In this document: in pieces, positions 44,963 to 62,523 of the stretch
Layout: every line of letters begins with the position of its first letter
Numbering within the stretch: position 1 is the stretch's first letter
From: the human T2T-CHM13v2.0 reference genome, Homo sapiens
Strand: one strand, 5' to 3'
Length of the DNA stretch: 64,000 nt
NCBI RefSeq assembly: GCF_009914755.1
Contig: NC_060926.1
Notes under the pieces: model-generated
Database searches by the model: none
What the model saw: the letters and a program-made list of their open reading frames with translations, nothing else
What the model was told of the DNA's origin: nothing
Program-made: the position numbers and the translations under genes

Positions 44963-47900
44963 AGTGGGTTGGGTTCACAAGCTGCAGCTGCTGATACCAG
45001 AGGTGAGCACAGAAGGGGCAGAAGGGGTTGTCTGCCACACACGGCAGAGGCAGGTCCACCTGCCTTCCTGGACAGACTACGGCACGGATGGCTCAGCAGG
45101 TGTCTGAGCGGGGTGGGTGGTGGGGGTTCCAGCAGGACCCAGCAAGAGCTCTTGGCTGGCCTACCTCCTACCAGCAAACCGAAGGGCAGGGCTGTGTGTG
45201 TATTGCTGGCTGAGCACCGTCTCTGCCACAGAGATATGGAGGACCAGCCCGTGGTGGCGCAAGGTCAGTTGGGCAGGTTTTTGAAAATGATGCAGAAAAT
45301 GATGCAAATTTCTTTCAGAATGGCTAATGTGGGCTTACAAACAGACAGAAAATAAATCACAAAGGTGGTAAATTTTTCATAGGACCAATGCACTTAGGCG
45401 TCCTTCCCCAGACAGGGCAGTCTCATAAGAGGTGGCCCAGGGATTGGGGGCACAGCGCTGGGGGTGGGAAGGGGGCTCAGATGGGACTCTGAAGGTGACT
45501 GCAGAGGTGAGGCCAAAGTTCAAGGGGTGTCTTCATTCACACGGGGCAGGTGGCCAGCCCAAAACAGGTGTGACGACAAGAGGGGAGAAGAGGCGAAAAA
45601 GGCTGATGGGCTGGAGTGGGCCTACAGGAGGCAGCTGGGAAGCCTGGGCTGAACAACTCTCTTTACACATAATCCTTTCCAGTGAGAGCCAGCCCGAGAG
45701 CCAAGGTATAGAAAACAAGCATTGCATACATTGTCTAAAGCATCCCATTGGTGGAAGAGATACTTCATGTCACTAATATGTGGAAGTTCGTTCTTTGCTC
45801 TGCACTCCCTTAGATTTTGTGGTTAGCTTGTAGGAGGTATGTACTCCAAAGGCCCGGAGAGTTTACGACTCCTGCATTTGAAGTGAATTGCTCTTTTCTA
45901 GTAAATTTTCTGAAATGTACATAAGCTTAAACTGTGAAAAACTTCAAAATGTAGGAATAACACGTAGTGATAAAACATAGGAAAAGGAATCAATGCTTCC
46001 TTTTATGTGTTTAAAATTGTAAGCATTCTCCTTCGAAAATTCTAGAAAAGGTTTAAATGTGTCATAATGTGCTGTTTACTAATAATAATCCCCCTTGTAG
46101 GATTTCTAAATCTTCTGCAATAGCAGCACCTACCTGTTACATCAGGGCATTTTAAACAAAACAGCTTTGTTAGTAATGGGAAGCTACTTTTCTTTTTCAC
46201 TAGATTCACTAAAATCAGGAAATAATGTATTTAATAATAAAAGGAAGGCAGAATCTTTAACAGAAGGGAAACCATGACACGATTACTTATGTAGAAACAG
46301 TTGTACGGTAGAACACATTCTCATTCTGGAGTTGCAATTATATTTAAAATAAAACACTGCAGAGCCGTTTTGCCCATTTCCCCTCTAGATCGTTTAAATG
46401 GATTGAGTTTTCCACTGAAACTTTGCTTTTCTCATGACACTTTTGCGCAGGGCACTTTTCAATCCCTTCAAGAATTTCATGGACATTTATAAATGCAGGA
46501 AGCTATTCATGGCCCTCAAAGGGCAACAACTGCCCCACTCTCTCCTAGAGCGGAGAAAGAGCTTTTATCCTAAGAATGTGAAAAGCGAGGCCAAGGCAGT
46601 TTCACACGTGGGGGGGCAATGAAAGAGGGGCGGGGGGGGGGTTAATCTTAGTGATTAAAATGCTAATGTTTTATTTGAAGAGGAAAACCTTTGATTTTTA
46701 AGAAAAGAATTCTAAGAGGAAGACATTTAATTCCTTGAAGTTACCAAAGACCTGGCAGATAACAAGTCCAATGCCACAACATCCAACCAGGAAAATGACA
46801 CTACAGGCTTGCTTCTAGGAGGGACGCTGCTTGCTTTTTCAGTCTTAATGGAAACAGATATTACACAAAAGGCGTGGACAGTTTTCAGAGCTTTTGGGCC
46901 GGTCAGCAGGTTGCAAGAGTTGGCTTCCCATGGGAGCATTAGATTTCTCTAATGCTTAACGTTTGCTTGTATAGAAATAATACACATTGTTTTAAACAAA
47001 GTCAGAGTATTAAACAGATTATAATAAAAAACCTGTCCCACTCTATCTACCTGCTAATTACATTATCCAATGGCATTCTTTCCTATATTCATTTATTCAT
47101 TAAAAATACATAGGTCAAATTCAGTTATTACATTTTGACTTTATTGAGCCGATTATAGGCCAGGCACTGCTCTCAGAGCAGGTGGATAATGGAAGGCCCT
47201 GCCCTCAAGGACTTGGCATTGCACTGTGAGAAGCATCCGTGAACACACACTCACACCCAAGTGGTAAGTACAGCGAGCAAAGGGTGGGCGCGGGCAGAGG
47301 GGGACTGTCACTCCACAAGGGCCCTCAAGGAAGGGGCCTCACTGGCACTGAGGCCCAAAGGGACAAGCATTCTGAGCCAGAGGAACAGAAAGCATGAGTG
47401 CCGGAGGTGGAGCGTGCCCAGCCTGCTGGAGGAAGCGCAGTGGCCACAGGGGCGTGTGTAGCGATCTGGTTTCGTGGAAGCTCTTTCGGGTGGTTTCTGT
47501 GTTCTTTTCCTAGTGTCTATATAACATGCTCATATGCTACTTCTTGATTTATCCATGTCAGACATGAGCCCCTGACTTCCTGCCATGGGACAGCAGGCTT
47601 CTGCTCTCTGGCTCCTTTCTTCCTGTGCCCTCATTGTCTTTACATAGTCGTATCAGAAGAGAAGGGAGCCCTGCTTTCCACATCCTGGGGCACCTACTGT
47701 CTGAGTGTAAGTGAAGGACAGCTTTCAGATGCCCAGGGCAGCCACAACTCCCCTCTGTGAGTCCCTTCTTGGGACATCCTAGAGAATGAGCTCTACCAAA
47801 ATGAGGGAGAGGCAAGAAGTCAGCAAAGGCCAAGGAAGTCTCAAGGATCGCAGCTGAGACGGAGGGCTCCACAAAGGTGCTCTTCGGAAGAAAACAAATT

Positions 47901-48399
47901 AGTAAGTTACCTGGCATGTTTGAAGGTGTGGGAGTTATCTTATAGGTACATGCAGTACCAAACCAGTGAGGGTGGCTGTAAAGGCCAAATGATGATATGC
48001 AAAGCAGAGTCTTAGATGGGATGTTGTTGCAGACACATACCTGATGCCAGTGGACCCTAGCCAGGCCCACGGCCCCACTGTGTGGATGACAGTAACTCCC
48101 AGCAGGACCCACTGGATGTTGTTACTGTCATCCGAACTTACAGAAACTACTCAGTTTATGCCACTATCTCCACCCCATCCCACCACTGTAATCCCCAACA
48201 TATAAGCTCGTTGTTGGCAGGTGTTACCTTTATATCTCTGGGCTAGCACTGCACCTGACACCCTGGAAATGCTGAATGTTTGTTGAAGGAATATGCAAGT
48301 GAAAAGGTGTTTTTGATAGTGACTGCTCTGCACCATTAAGGAGTTGATGGATTCTTAAGCTTGGATGACAGCGGGGCTTCTACCAGTACCTGCCCATAC

Positions 48400-48510
48400 G
48401 AGGAGAGCAACATTTACCTCCCCCAGTTGTTGTGAATATTAAATGAGATGGGCATGGAAAAACTCCAAGCCTTGCACGTCTTAGGTACTTAATAAATGTT
48501 AGTTTTCCCT
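48400..48510 (+). mobile_element. MIR 3' fragment
   Basis: tacctcccccagttgttgtgaatattaaatgagat...taggtacttaataaatgttagtt. Confidence 0.65.
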
Positions 48511-49206
48511 TTTGACCTCCTTTCTTCCCAGTGAAAATGGATTGAGTTGCCAAATCCTGCCAGTGTCATCGTGTCCCCCAGGTTTCCCCTTTAGTTCAGC
48601 ATCTCATGCAGTGGGGTGCCCTTGCCACTAGTGGTATGTAAGAGAATTTTCAGTGGCACACAGACATTTTTATCTTATATCACTAGCATATCAAACCTAT
48701 GACCACATTCATATTGTTGCTTAGGATAAGGTGCAATTATTAAGGTGAAAGCCCTGAGTCAATTTAAAAATACATCTATTAAGTTAATAATATCCAGAGA
48801 AGACCAAGGTTGGGAAGGAGGCCACGAATGACTGCCATTTGGAAAGATTCCACTTCACATCCGGATTGCAACTTTCAGAAACTTCCACACTAGCACTAAT
48901 GACTGAGGTCACCTTGGCAGGTCACTGTGTTTGGATTTATCTTGAGGGCACAGTAGAACCACAGGAGTTCGGTAATAGTTCTAGGAAATTAAAATGCAAA
49001 TATCTGAAAGACCAGTTCCTACACTTGCGGATCCAGCCAGATGACAGCTATGCTCATCAGGCTGAACAACTGACAGAAAAATCGTGTGTCAGAATTGAGG
49101 CACACATCTTAGTTTAATAGGAATAAGACATTTGACTACACATACAGTATCAATTTTCTTAATTTAAGCAATCTAAAAATATGTTTCTTCCCTGCCACTA
49201 GCATGA

Positions 49207-49632
<426 letters not shown>

Positions 49633-49742
49633 TAGAGACAGGCAGAATGTCTCAGTTGTGAGTGGCATACAGCAGCCTCCCGTGATGGGGTTCCCAGCAC
49701 GTGCTGCTGTCTTGGTGACCATGCACGTTCTCCTAAACTGAC

Positions 49743-49818
49743 CTTTGTATGCGTTACATCCTTCCTTCATTGCAGGAAGAAAAAGACTTGGTGACATTTT
49801 CCATTTTTCGTCTTCTTC
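49743..49818 (-). CDS. IQCA1: IQCA1 coding exon (76 nt): [25 protein letters not shown](E)
   Basis: ttctgctttgaacAG acceptor (49819-20), GTCAGT donor (49741-42), phase 0 to 1, matching the next exon; not shown in the ORF track. Confidence 0.92.
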
Positions 49819-50093
49819 CTGTTCAAAGCAGAATATTTTCGTTAATCTCAGGCAAGACCGGGCAGCAAAAGACGCAGACGCTGTGATAACCGTGACGAGG
49901 GTCCATGCCGCGCAGGCCCAGTCCTGGTCCCCCTGGGCAGTGCCCCTCTGGCCCGTCTAAGTATGGAGTGCTGTGTCCACTGACCAGGCATGGGTGGTCC
50001 AGGCTCACCGAAGCATCCCCTGCTGATACCGGCTTTCTCTTCTCAGTGGCCTCCCCTGGGGTACCCCATGCCCTGAGTTTGATCCTGTCTTCT

Positions 50094-50346
50094 TTTTTGA
50101 TTAAAAAACTTTCTTTCTTTCTTTCTTTTTTTGAGATGGGGCTTAAACAATCCTCCTGCCTCAGCCTCCCCAGTAGCTGGGACTGCAGGTGTGCACCACC
50201 ACACCTGGCTAATTTTTAAATTTTTCTGTAGAGGTGGGGTTTTGCCATGTTGCCCAGGCTGGTCTTGAACTCCTAAGCTCAGGCAATCTGTCCCCCTCAG
50301 CCTCCCACAGTGTTGGGATTATAGGCCTGAGCCACCACACCCGGCC
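50094..50346 (-). mobile_element. AluJ with large internal deletion in the right arm
   Basis: ttgagatgggg|cttaaacaatcctcctgcc skips about 70 bp; TSD tgatcctgtcttct / tggtcctgtcttct. Confidence 0.88.
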
Positions 50347-51849
50347 TGGTCCTGTCTTCTCATGCTCTCACTCCTTCCTTGCTCTAAAGGCTGAGTTCCT
50401 AGCCTGAGTCCATCTGCCTCCCTCCTCCACGTTGCTGTAACCAGCCCTTGGAGCTACTCCGAGTCCTTTGCTGAGCTGTGCTGCTTGCCAGTTCTAGCAC
50501 CAGGGCTGTTCCTTCCTCTCGCTACCTGCCCCATCCTTGAGCCTGGAGCTGCAGCCTGACTCTGGGGCCCTGCTTCCTTCCCGGAGCCAGAGTCTAGCTA
50601 GCCTCCCTACCCTGGGCCCCCCACAGCAGAGAGAGCCTGGCCACCATCCTTGGCTCCTGCTGCTGACTCTGTGCACCAAGATGGGAGATTGCGGTGCTAC
50701 CCGCCGCCAGCCCAGGCCATAGCTCTGCTCTGAGCCCCAGCACAACACCCCCTCTGCCCCTCTGCCGCCAGGGTTCACCTGCGCCTAATAGTGAGAGCTA
50801 GGCCCTGCAAACCCTCATGTGATGTTTCTCTGCAATAATGTTGACACTGCCTCAATAGTCTGGTTTCCGATGACCACTATCATGGCTATTGCTACCCTTA
50901 GAGAGGGCGAAAGGAACAACGCTGGCCTCCATTTGGTCCTCGGGTTCCCGAAGCAGGCTCAGTACTCTCTATGCAGTGACAGGAGGGGCAGCAGTTGGGT
51001 GGCGCGGGCGTGCCTCCCCTGGGCTGCTTCCAGAGCATGCCCTGACTCTGGCACCTGATGGGCTCTTCCGTTTCTGGGCTCCAGGGTTGGGCTCCGGGAT
51101 GCGGTGGCCTGAACACGGTGCCCCCACAGTCCCTCGTGGTTGTGTAGTATCCATGCATCAGATCCAGAGGTATTTCTCCTCTCTCTCCCCATGGCCAAGC
51201 AATCACCAAACCCCACTGTTCTGCCGTGGAGGCTTTCCTGGGGTCTCCCTGCTTCTGCCTCCAGTCCCACTGCCCTGGCCCCTTGCTCCAAGGTTGGCTA
51301 ACGCAGGGTCACTCTCTTCTCTCCTGCTGGAAGGGGTCTGCAGCAGACCTGGCCTTACGACTTCCTTCCTTGGAAGCCCCACAGAGGCATTTGTCTTGGA
51401 GCTCCTGGGAGGCACCGTTCCCCACAGGACACAGTCCAAGCCCCTCAGCAGACCACACACAACCCCCACAGGTGTGGTCCCTCAGGAGTGCCCCCGCCCA
51501 CCTCTGGGGCCTTTGCCCTTGCCGCCTCCTGCCTCTGCCGTCACTGCAGAGATGCTGACAAGGCCACCCTCCCTGCACCTGCCATGCTCTTTGCCCTGCT
51601 GTCCTGTCCGCTTGGAAGGCCACCCTTGTCCTACACTTTCTGATGAATTCAGAGTCTGAACAGACCTCCCGTCCTCCTGAAATCCTCTCTGATGGCCTTC
51701 CTGCCCTTTTGACAGGATTGTCACTTCCTAAGAACAGCCCGCTTTTCCCACCAGACACAGCAGGCAGGAAGGACCCCGCCAGCCCTGGGGCCTGGCCACT
51801 TGGCCTGTGTGCGACATTTGCTGGATGAAACAAGAAGAGGGAAAGTATA

Positions 51850-52160
51850 GGCTCAATCCATGGATAAATGTGTAAATACAATGTGGTATTTCCATACAAT
51901 GAAATGTTGAACTCACCCACAGAAAGGAGCGAACACAGACACGGGCTACGGAGCGGAGGAAGCGTGAAGACCTAGGCTGAGAGCGTGAAGTCAGAACCAA
52001 AAGGCCTCACAGTGTATGATCCCGTTTATATGAAAACAGATAAACTCAGGGACAGAAAGCAGATCAGTGGTGCCAGGGGGTTGGTGCGGGGAAGAGAGGG
52101 GGGAAGGGGAGGGACTGTTTAATGGGTACGGGGTCTCCTTGGGGTTGATGAAAATGTCTC
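51850..52160 (+). mobile_element. L1MB-type 3' end
   Basis: aatgtggtatttccatacaatgaaat...gtatgatcccgtttatatgaaa...gacagaaagcagatcagtggtgccaggg...tttaatgggtacggggtctccttggggttgatgaaaatgt. Confidence 0.75.
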
Positions 52161-52694
52161 CACTGTCACGCTACTTCACTGCATCCCTCGTGATTTTTGC
52201 CAGATCTGAGAATCCCTGACCAGCAGAACCATCATTTCTTTAAAGACTCACTTAAACTTATGTTCTTTAAAGAGGCACTCTCTATTGCTGAGGTGAAACC
52301 ATAGTGGATACACTGGTTTCCCGATACACATGAGAATACAACACAACCATCGGAATAAAAGAGGCTGGGTGTGGAGCCATTGGACTCTCCCCAGTGCGTG
52401 CCCCAGGTGGCTGGGAAAGCCAGGGCTTCCTGGAATCCTCCCCAGCTCAGGGCTGGCAGCGGCTCTTGCTCCCAAGACAGTGCTGGGTTACACCCTGAGC
52501 AAAGGCACACTTGGTTGCCTCAGTTACTTTCTGAGGCAACTGTAGCTCTGATCAAGTCACCTCCTGGCTCAAGTGTCCCCAGGGGCTTCCCACAGCCCCC
52601 TGAGACCACGGGTTACCAGCTCACTCAGAGGACACACCTCCTGCCCCTGCTGACTCTCATCTGTGGTCTATTCCCCTGTGAATCCACCATGTCT

Positions 52695-52777
52695 TTTTTC
52701 AGCTTTGCATTTCAGCTTTGCATTTTTCAGCTTTGCATTTTGCTTTGAGTCCACTGTGTCTTTCAGCTTTGCATTTG
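52695..52777. repeat. Short tandem repeat (ttcagctttgcatt)n
   Basis: Three tandem copies plus a fourth after a re-duplicated tccac..gtctt prefix. Confidence 0.85.
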
Positions 52778-55099
52778 CTCAGGTCACCAGGAAGCAAGGA
52801 AGACGCAGGAAATGGGATCACAAGAGCTTCAGGGGAGGCCCGGGGTGCTCGGGAGAGGACTCTCACTTCATGGGGTGGGGGGGCATGGCAGGCTTGCCTG
52901 GAACCGCAGCCCATAAACCATGCAGGGGGAGCTGCAGCCAGCGGGGAACCAGGGAGAGAACCTGGACCCAGAAACACCAGGGGGCCCAAAGCCTATGACA
53001 CAGCTCACCCACCTTCCAGAGCGCACACTAAATCAAAGCTCTCTGGTAAGAAAGTCCCACCTACGACACAAGGCTTGGGTTAGCTACGCCCCATTCCTGG
53101 CTCCCAAGAGACCCAGGCATTAGAGAAAAGCCTGCAAGAGCAGCAAGAAAAAGACTAGTAGTGGATAAAGCAAGGCCTGGGAGGAAAGAGGGAGAATTCA
53201 TGAACGAAAGAGAAATTTAAAATCACTTTAATTAGTATATTTATCCTCAGATATATTATTTATCATCTGTCTGTCTGTCTGTCTCTCTCTTTCCAGGTAT
53301 CACTAAGGAGTCATACATCTTTATTACTTTTTCGTCAATGTTATTGTCTATTATTGCCATTTTTGTTTTGGATACTCAGATTGTTCTATGTTTGGTCTCT
53401 GGGAGCCCCTACACTGGTGAGGCTGTGCTCTTAGGGATGGATGAAGGCAAGGAAGAGGAGGAGGGGGAGGGGGAGGGCTCCAGGGAAGGAGACTGAGGTG
53501 TGACAAAGGGTTTCCAGCAGAAGGAACAGCATGTGTGAAGTCCAGATGGGGAGGCTGTGTCTCACAGGGATGGCTGAAGGAGGTTCGGCAGCCGTGAGGA
53601 CTGCGTGGGGCTGGGCAGACAGACATGAGGCTGGAGTGGCGGGAGAGAGAGAGAGGCAGAGAGAAGAGGGAGGAAAAGAGAGACAGGGGGACAGAGATGG
53701 AGACACAGAGAAAGAGGATGGCTCTTGAAAGGACCAAGAGCTGCAGGGAGCTTGGAGTTGGCTTATGAGCAGGGCAGCTACCCAGGAGCCTGGTGTGAAG
53801 GGAATGGCCCCTTGGGACATCACTCTGGCTGGAACTGGGGGTTGAGGGGTGGGGAGGAGGCTAGTTTGCATGCATATGTGATATCCATCTGTTATAGCAG
53901 AATCATAGTTTATGGCTTAAAAGTTTTGCTGGATGAATAGGTGTAACATGGTATTTAAAAAAAATTATATTTCTTTAGTTGGTGTGGCTGAACTTCATTT
54001 TATTTGCTTTTCATTTCCTAACTTTGTGGCCTTATCTTGATTTTTACAAATGAAAGTGCATGAGCCTACCTATTTACCTGTGAACCTTTCCTGAGCAGCT
54101 ACTAAGGGTGGGACTCACTAGATACTAGAACTGCACAGGGCCTGCCTCTGAGATCCTTGAGTCCTCCTGCCTCCCCGATCCTCGCTCGCTGTGCCTCGGG
54201 GCCCCGACTGCAACACACCACAGCCCCTCTTCCCCCGATGCCTTTTACTAGGTGGTTCCCAGGTCCAGGGCTTCCCTGTAACTGTCACACACACGTTTCC
54301 CCGAATAGAAACCAGGGGTCGCCTTCCCAGATCCCATCCCACCACTGTGGCTGGCCTTGCACACTCTGGCCCACTTCCTGAGGTGAGGAAGGCTAGCCAT
54401 GACCCGAGTTCTGATGCTCTCTTCCTCTACACAGGGTGGGTGGCCCACTCCACTGTCAGACAACTTTTTTGACTTAACCCAATGGAGAGTTAAAAAAAAA
54501 AAAAAAAAGAAAAAGAAAAAGAAAAGAAAAGAAAGAAAAAAGAAAAAAAATCCAATGCCCCAGCTCTGCCCTAGACCAATTATGCTCAATTAAGTGAGAA
54601 TTTCTTCCAAGGTGTGTGGATATTGGGAGTCGTTTTTTCCTAAAACCACCCCAGGCAGCTAGACTGAAGGCCATAGATTCATTGAAGTTGTCCTTCCATC
54701 AGCTGAGGCCCAGTTCCTGGAGCCTCAGGGAGTCTGCACCCTCTTCATGCCCTAAGTCTGCTCCAGATGAAGCCTTCCTGACTCCTATCCCCATCGCTCA
54801 AAAGAGATTTCCAGATTATTCGCCCTCCTGGCCATCTTCTGTGGACTGTTCTAGCTACCCAGGCTCCCAGTCAAGCAACGGTGCTGGTTTAATGGTCATG
54901 GTGGAGCCACGGCCGGTAACCTCCTTGGCCTTTGCGGCATGTGAAGGTGGCCTGCAGTTATGCCACTGTCTGGACATTCCCAGCACACCATGGGCCTGGA
55001 GTTAACAAAGTCCTCCTATCTTTTTAATGCATATACCATGTAGACAGATATCTCCTGCTTTGAAATTATATGAATGGTTTTTAGGTGTTTATTCGTAAT

Positions 55100-55465
55100 G
55101 ACTTGACCGGCTCAGGCTGCTATAAGAAAATAGTATACACTAAGTGCCTTATAAACAAAAGAAATGCATTTTTCACAGTTCCGGAAACTGGCAAGTCCTA
55201 GATCAAGGTGCAGATTCTGTGTCTGGTGGGGGCTGCTCTCTGCTTCAGAGACTGCACCTTCTAGCCATGTCTTCACTCCGCGGAAGGGGCAAAGCAGCTC
55301 TCTGGGGTCTCTTTCACAAAGGCACTAATCTCAATCACAGGGGCTCTGCCCTCAGGACCTAATCACCCTCAGAGGCCCCACCTCCTAACACCACCACATT
55401 GGTGATTAGCTTTCAATGTATGAATTTTTTGTAGGTGGGTGAACACAAAAATTCAGACCATGGCA
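55100..55465 (-). mobile_element. MLT1A0-type MaLR solo LTR
   Basis: ggctgctataag...ttataaacaaaagaaatgcatttttcacagttccgg...ggcactaatctcaatcac...attcagaccatggca. Confidence 0.8.
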
Positions 55466-56012
55466 CCCAACAAATGTAAATTTCTTACATTTGGCCCACC
55501 TAAGTGACTTCATGCTTCTGGAGGGGAGTGTTTATTCATGCCTCCGCCATTTTCCATCTCCATTGCTTTCCACACTTGCTGGCTGAACAAATAATGAACA
55601 GGTGGGAGGAGAAGTGCGTTCTCACCTGCAGACCGACCTCAGAGTTGAGTCACTGTAGTATCTGCCTTCTCTGCTTGGCCACACCAGCATGCCATGATCT
55701 GTGGTTTGTTGCATCCAACTTTCTTGCCTTTTTTTGCAAACTGAGCCATTTCCATGGCTCCAGTTTTCTGGGCCTTGCTTTCTCTGGGGCTCCTCAAATA
55801 TCACAGTTAGTAGTACTGAGACTTGACCTGCCCGGTCTCTGGGTACCGCTAAGATGCTCAACCGCACAGAAAGCTTCCTTTAGAGCAGACAGTTGCTTTC
55901 TCATCGGCCTCTCACTTTCTCTTCATGGCCCAATCAGTTATAAATCACTCAGGACAAAGCAGTTGTTAAGTGAAAATAAACTTATGGAGGCCTCTCGATT
56001 TGATTTAGACGA

Positions 56013-56336
56013 TAGTAGTCCTCCTTTCTCCAAGGAGGATACATTCCAAGACCCCAGTGCACACCTGAAGCCTCGGATCGTACCAACCACTACATACACT
56101 ATACTTTTTCCTATACAGAAACAGGCAGGTAGTGTATACAGCATGAACATGCTGGACAAAGGGATGATTCACGTCCATGGTGGGATGGGACAGGATGGTG
56201 TAAGACTTCATTCACACTGCGAAGAATGGTGCACAATTCAAAACTCAGGAATTTTCCATTTAATACTTATGGGTCACACTTGACCGTGGGTAACTGGAAC
56301 TGCGAAAAGTGAAACTGAGAATAAGGGGGGACTAGT
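56013..56336 (-). mobile_element. MER44A-like (Tigger7-derived) MITE
   Basis: TIR-like ends agtagtcctcctttctcc / gaataagggggactag; ttgaccgtgggtaactggaactgcgaaaagtgaaactg. Confidence 0.72.
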
Positions 56337-57054
56337 GCATATTTAAAAAGCTGGTTTATGGAAACTGACCATTTTTCGTAAGTTTCCGGCTACTGTGTGA
56401 ACTTTGTCCCTTACACAACACAGATAAATGCTGCATGGAGAACGTTTCTAAAGTTTCTTACTGAGAGTCAATGGGACATACTGAGAGATGCAGAGATGCA
56501 AATGCAAATGTTTCCAGAAGAGGCTTTGTTATCAAAATATCTTTGTGAAATTAGGAGGGCAGTCAGAGATAAACCGTGCGCCTTCTTCTTGCCCTCCCCA
56601 AATGTTAACTACTGCTATTATTTCCTGCCTGGCTTAAAGAGCGATTCAAATGCATGGAGGTTTTGTTGAAAATTTTCTATTGGTAAATATGTGCATCTGA
56701 AGTAGGCTGTTGAGGGATGGCTAACATCTCACACTGGTAGGGCTGTGGAAAAATTCAAATAGGGCTGCAACTGTTAGATTTTTTGAAATGAGGTTATATA
56801 TTTTGAAATACATCTGTTCTCAGCGGCTTTCAGATTACCTGCTCCTCCCCTCTGGGTCCGTATCCTGGGGTGGGGGAGAGGTCGACCAGCGATTTTGAAG
56901 AGGCTGACGATTTCCCACTGATCTGAGAGTGAAATAATAATCCCCTTCTCTAGATTCAGAAGTGAAAACCAACCCAGAAACTATAATGGCTGAACACTAT
57001 ATTTAAAAATTAATATGCACCAAACAACGTGATAGCTTATGCAACTAAACTTGA

Positions 57055-57373
<319 letters not shown>

Positions 57374-57689
57374 ACATCTCCACTATTTTTGAGCTTGCAT
57401 TTAGCTCGTCATTTTACTTTCTGCTCATGCATTTGCGACAGCACTAGGGAATCAACATTCCTCATGGCTTTGAGGGCTGCAGAGTGCTACTCTTTCCCCC
57501 ACAAAAGAAATACAAGAGATAGGAGAGAATCTACAGTGGGAAGTCTAAAAATGTACAGCTGTGTCCTAAATACATTTGTCACAAGTTTCTTTGATGGTAT
57601 CTGGGTTAATTTTTGTCGGAAAGAGCTTCTTGGTTATGAGTACGGTAGTAAGAAATAAACCACATTTCTCACATGGGCCATGCAAGCTG

Positions 57690-57992
57690 CCAGCTGGTTA
57701 CTGGCTCTCCAGTCCTCAGACTTGGGCTGGAGTCTACACCATGGGCCCTCAGCTCTCTGGCTTTTGAACTCTACCACCAGCTCTCCTGGGGCCCCCTCTT
57801 GTAGACGGCAGATGGTGGGACTTCTCAGGCTCCATAACCAAAGGAACCAATACCTTATAATGAATGAATCTTTCTCTATATAAATATAAAAGGGCACAGA
57901 AGATATCTATATATACACACACACACGGGCCACATGTACTTTTTATATATCGCTCTCCTATTGATTTTGTTTCTCTGGAGTGCCCTGACTAC
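57690..57992 (+). mobile_element. MLT2 (ERVL) LTR 3' part
   Basis: acggcagatggtgggacttctcaggctccataacc...ctcctattgattttgtttctctggagtgccctgactaca. Confidence 0.75.
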
Positions 57993-58107
57993 ACTTTCTT
58001 CTCAAGCCTTCTCCTCACCTCTGCTGCATCATTTCCCCCCTGTGATCCTCTCTCTCTTTAAAGAACCTCCTCACTGCCTCCATCATAGCCTTAGTTTTCA
58101 CTCCTCA

Positions 58108-59432
58108 TTTTTTTTTTTTCAGTGGAAAATAACTTTTAGTGAGACCTCAGCAGCTGCAAAATCTATTCCTGGCATTAAGCTCCGTCTTCTACTGCAATTT
58201 GGTCTTTCTTGAGTGGTTTCATGAATATTTTCCATGAATACTTTCTTCTCTTCCATGGTCTGGGAGCAGCCATGGCCAAACTTGGCAGTGGTGTCAATGA
58301 ACTTAAGGTCAGTCTTCTCCAGAGCCCGCTGTTTGGTCTCAGCCAGCAAAGACTTGTGGAGGGTGAGCACTCACTTCTTGGTTCCCACCACACATTCCTT
58401 CAGCATGACAAAGCCACTGGTCACTTCACCATATGGGACAAAGCCACCCAGAGAGTTGATATTCTTGTCAGGAAGGTCATGGTCAGTGGAGGCATTGTTC
58501 TTGATCAGTTTGTCGTCCTTGATAAGGTAGCCCTGGCCGATCTTAGAGATCAATCTTCTTGTGATCTCAGTGCGGTGATGGTAGCCTTTCTGCCCAGCAC
58601 GTGCCACAGAGAAGGCCACACAGGCAGGATGCCATGCCCCAATCCAGGCCACCTTGCGCAAGCCTCAGTGGGTCTTGCAGGGTAGCTTCTTGGTGTGTCA
58701 ATGACTTGTGACCCCTTTGTAGTCTTTGCCCTTGGTCACCTTGAAGACGTCAATCATCTCATCCTGCCCAAACACTTGGTTCACAGGTATGGGCTGCTCT
58801 AGCCTCTCCCGGCCCCAGTCCAGCTTCTTGGCCACGGTGCCTCTGTTCACCTGGATCTCCATCAGCGGGGCCTTCTTCTGGCGTGGAGGAAGCAGGTATA
58901 TGTGGGTGTGGCAGTGACATGGATGACTTGGCAGTGCTTCTTCATGCTGCTGAAGTCCTGCTCCAGCTGCTTCTTGCCATCCATATTCTGCCATTTCTTG
59001 CAGTAATTGGTAAAGGCCTCCTTCTTAGATTTATGCCAGTTGTTAGAGAAGTGCTTTTTGCACTCATCGCTGATGTACTGAGCGAAGATGGTCTTGAAGG
59101 TCTGGAGGCCTTGAGGTTTGAGGGGTTTCCACATAGCCCACAATGCCCATAGCCACCATGGCAGTGTCTCCACAATAGTCACAGCCTCTACCACCTCCTT
59201 CTTGTTCACGTTGGATCCTAGCCTGTTGACTTCTTGCACGATGTGGGTCATGCCAACCTTGTATCCCAGGAAGGCTGCGAAGTGGACCGGCTTGGAAGGG
59301 TCATCCTTAGGGCAGCTCTTCACCTTCCCACGATGCGTGCTGTGCACTTCCGAGGCAGGAAGCCGAGGGACCCATGTCTGGGAGTGGAGGACTTCTTGTG
59401 AGACATCACGCCATCACATCTTGCTGGTAGAG
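58108..59432 (-). pseudogene. RPL3P5: Full-length RPL3 processed pseudogene (probably RPL3P5; number from recall)
   Basis: Intronless. 5'UTR then ATG TCT CAC at 59406 ([20 protein letters not shown], cf. RPL3 [20 protein letters not shown]); [32 protein letters not shown] in shifted frames; stop at 58175; poly(A) 58108-19; TSD-like cctcattttt / cctaattttt. Confidence 0.93.
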
Positions 59433-59437
59433 CCTAA

Positions 59438-62393
<2,956 letters not shown>

Positions 62394-62409
62394 AAAAATT
62401 GTTTGTAGG

Positions 62410-62523
62410 GATGGGGGTCTCCCTATGTTGCCCAGGCTGGTCTCGAACTTCTGGATTCAAGTGATCCTTCCATCATGGCCTCCCCAAGTGCTGGATTATA
62501 GGCGTGGGCCACTGCGCCCAGCC
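62410..62523 (-). mobile_element. AluJ, 5' (left) arm; remainder of the split Alu
   Basis: gatgggggtctccctatgttgcccaggctggtctcgaac...ccactgcgcccagcc. Confidence 0.9.

Noticed and set aside
54492-54550. A-rich tract translating as poly-Lys, similar to the IQCA1 lysine-rich exons
   Set aside because: On the wrong strand for IQCA1 and without splice sites; a simple A-rich repeat
50889-56283. Long unassigned ORFs (256 aa at 50889, 203 aa at 51309, 259 aa at 55504)
   Set aside because: No recognisable domains, non-ATG starts or overlap with repeats (the last runs through a MER44-like element); expected by chance in GC-rich intron
58119-59347. RPL3-like ORFs as a functional ribosomal protein gene
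   Set aside because: Multiple frameshifts and substitutions, no introns, and a poly(A) tail with TSD mark it as a processed pseudogene
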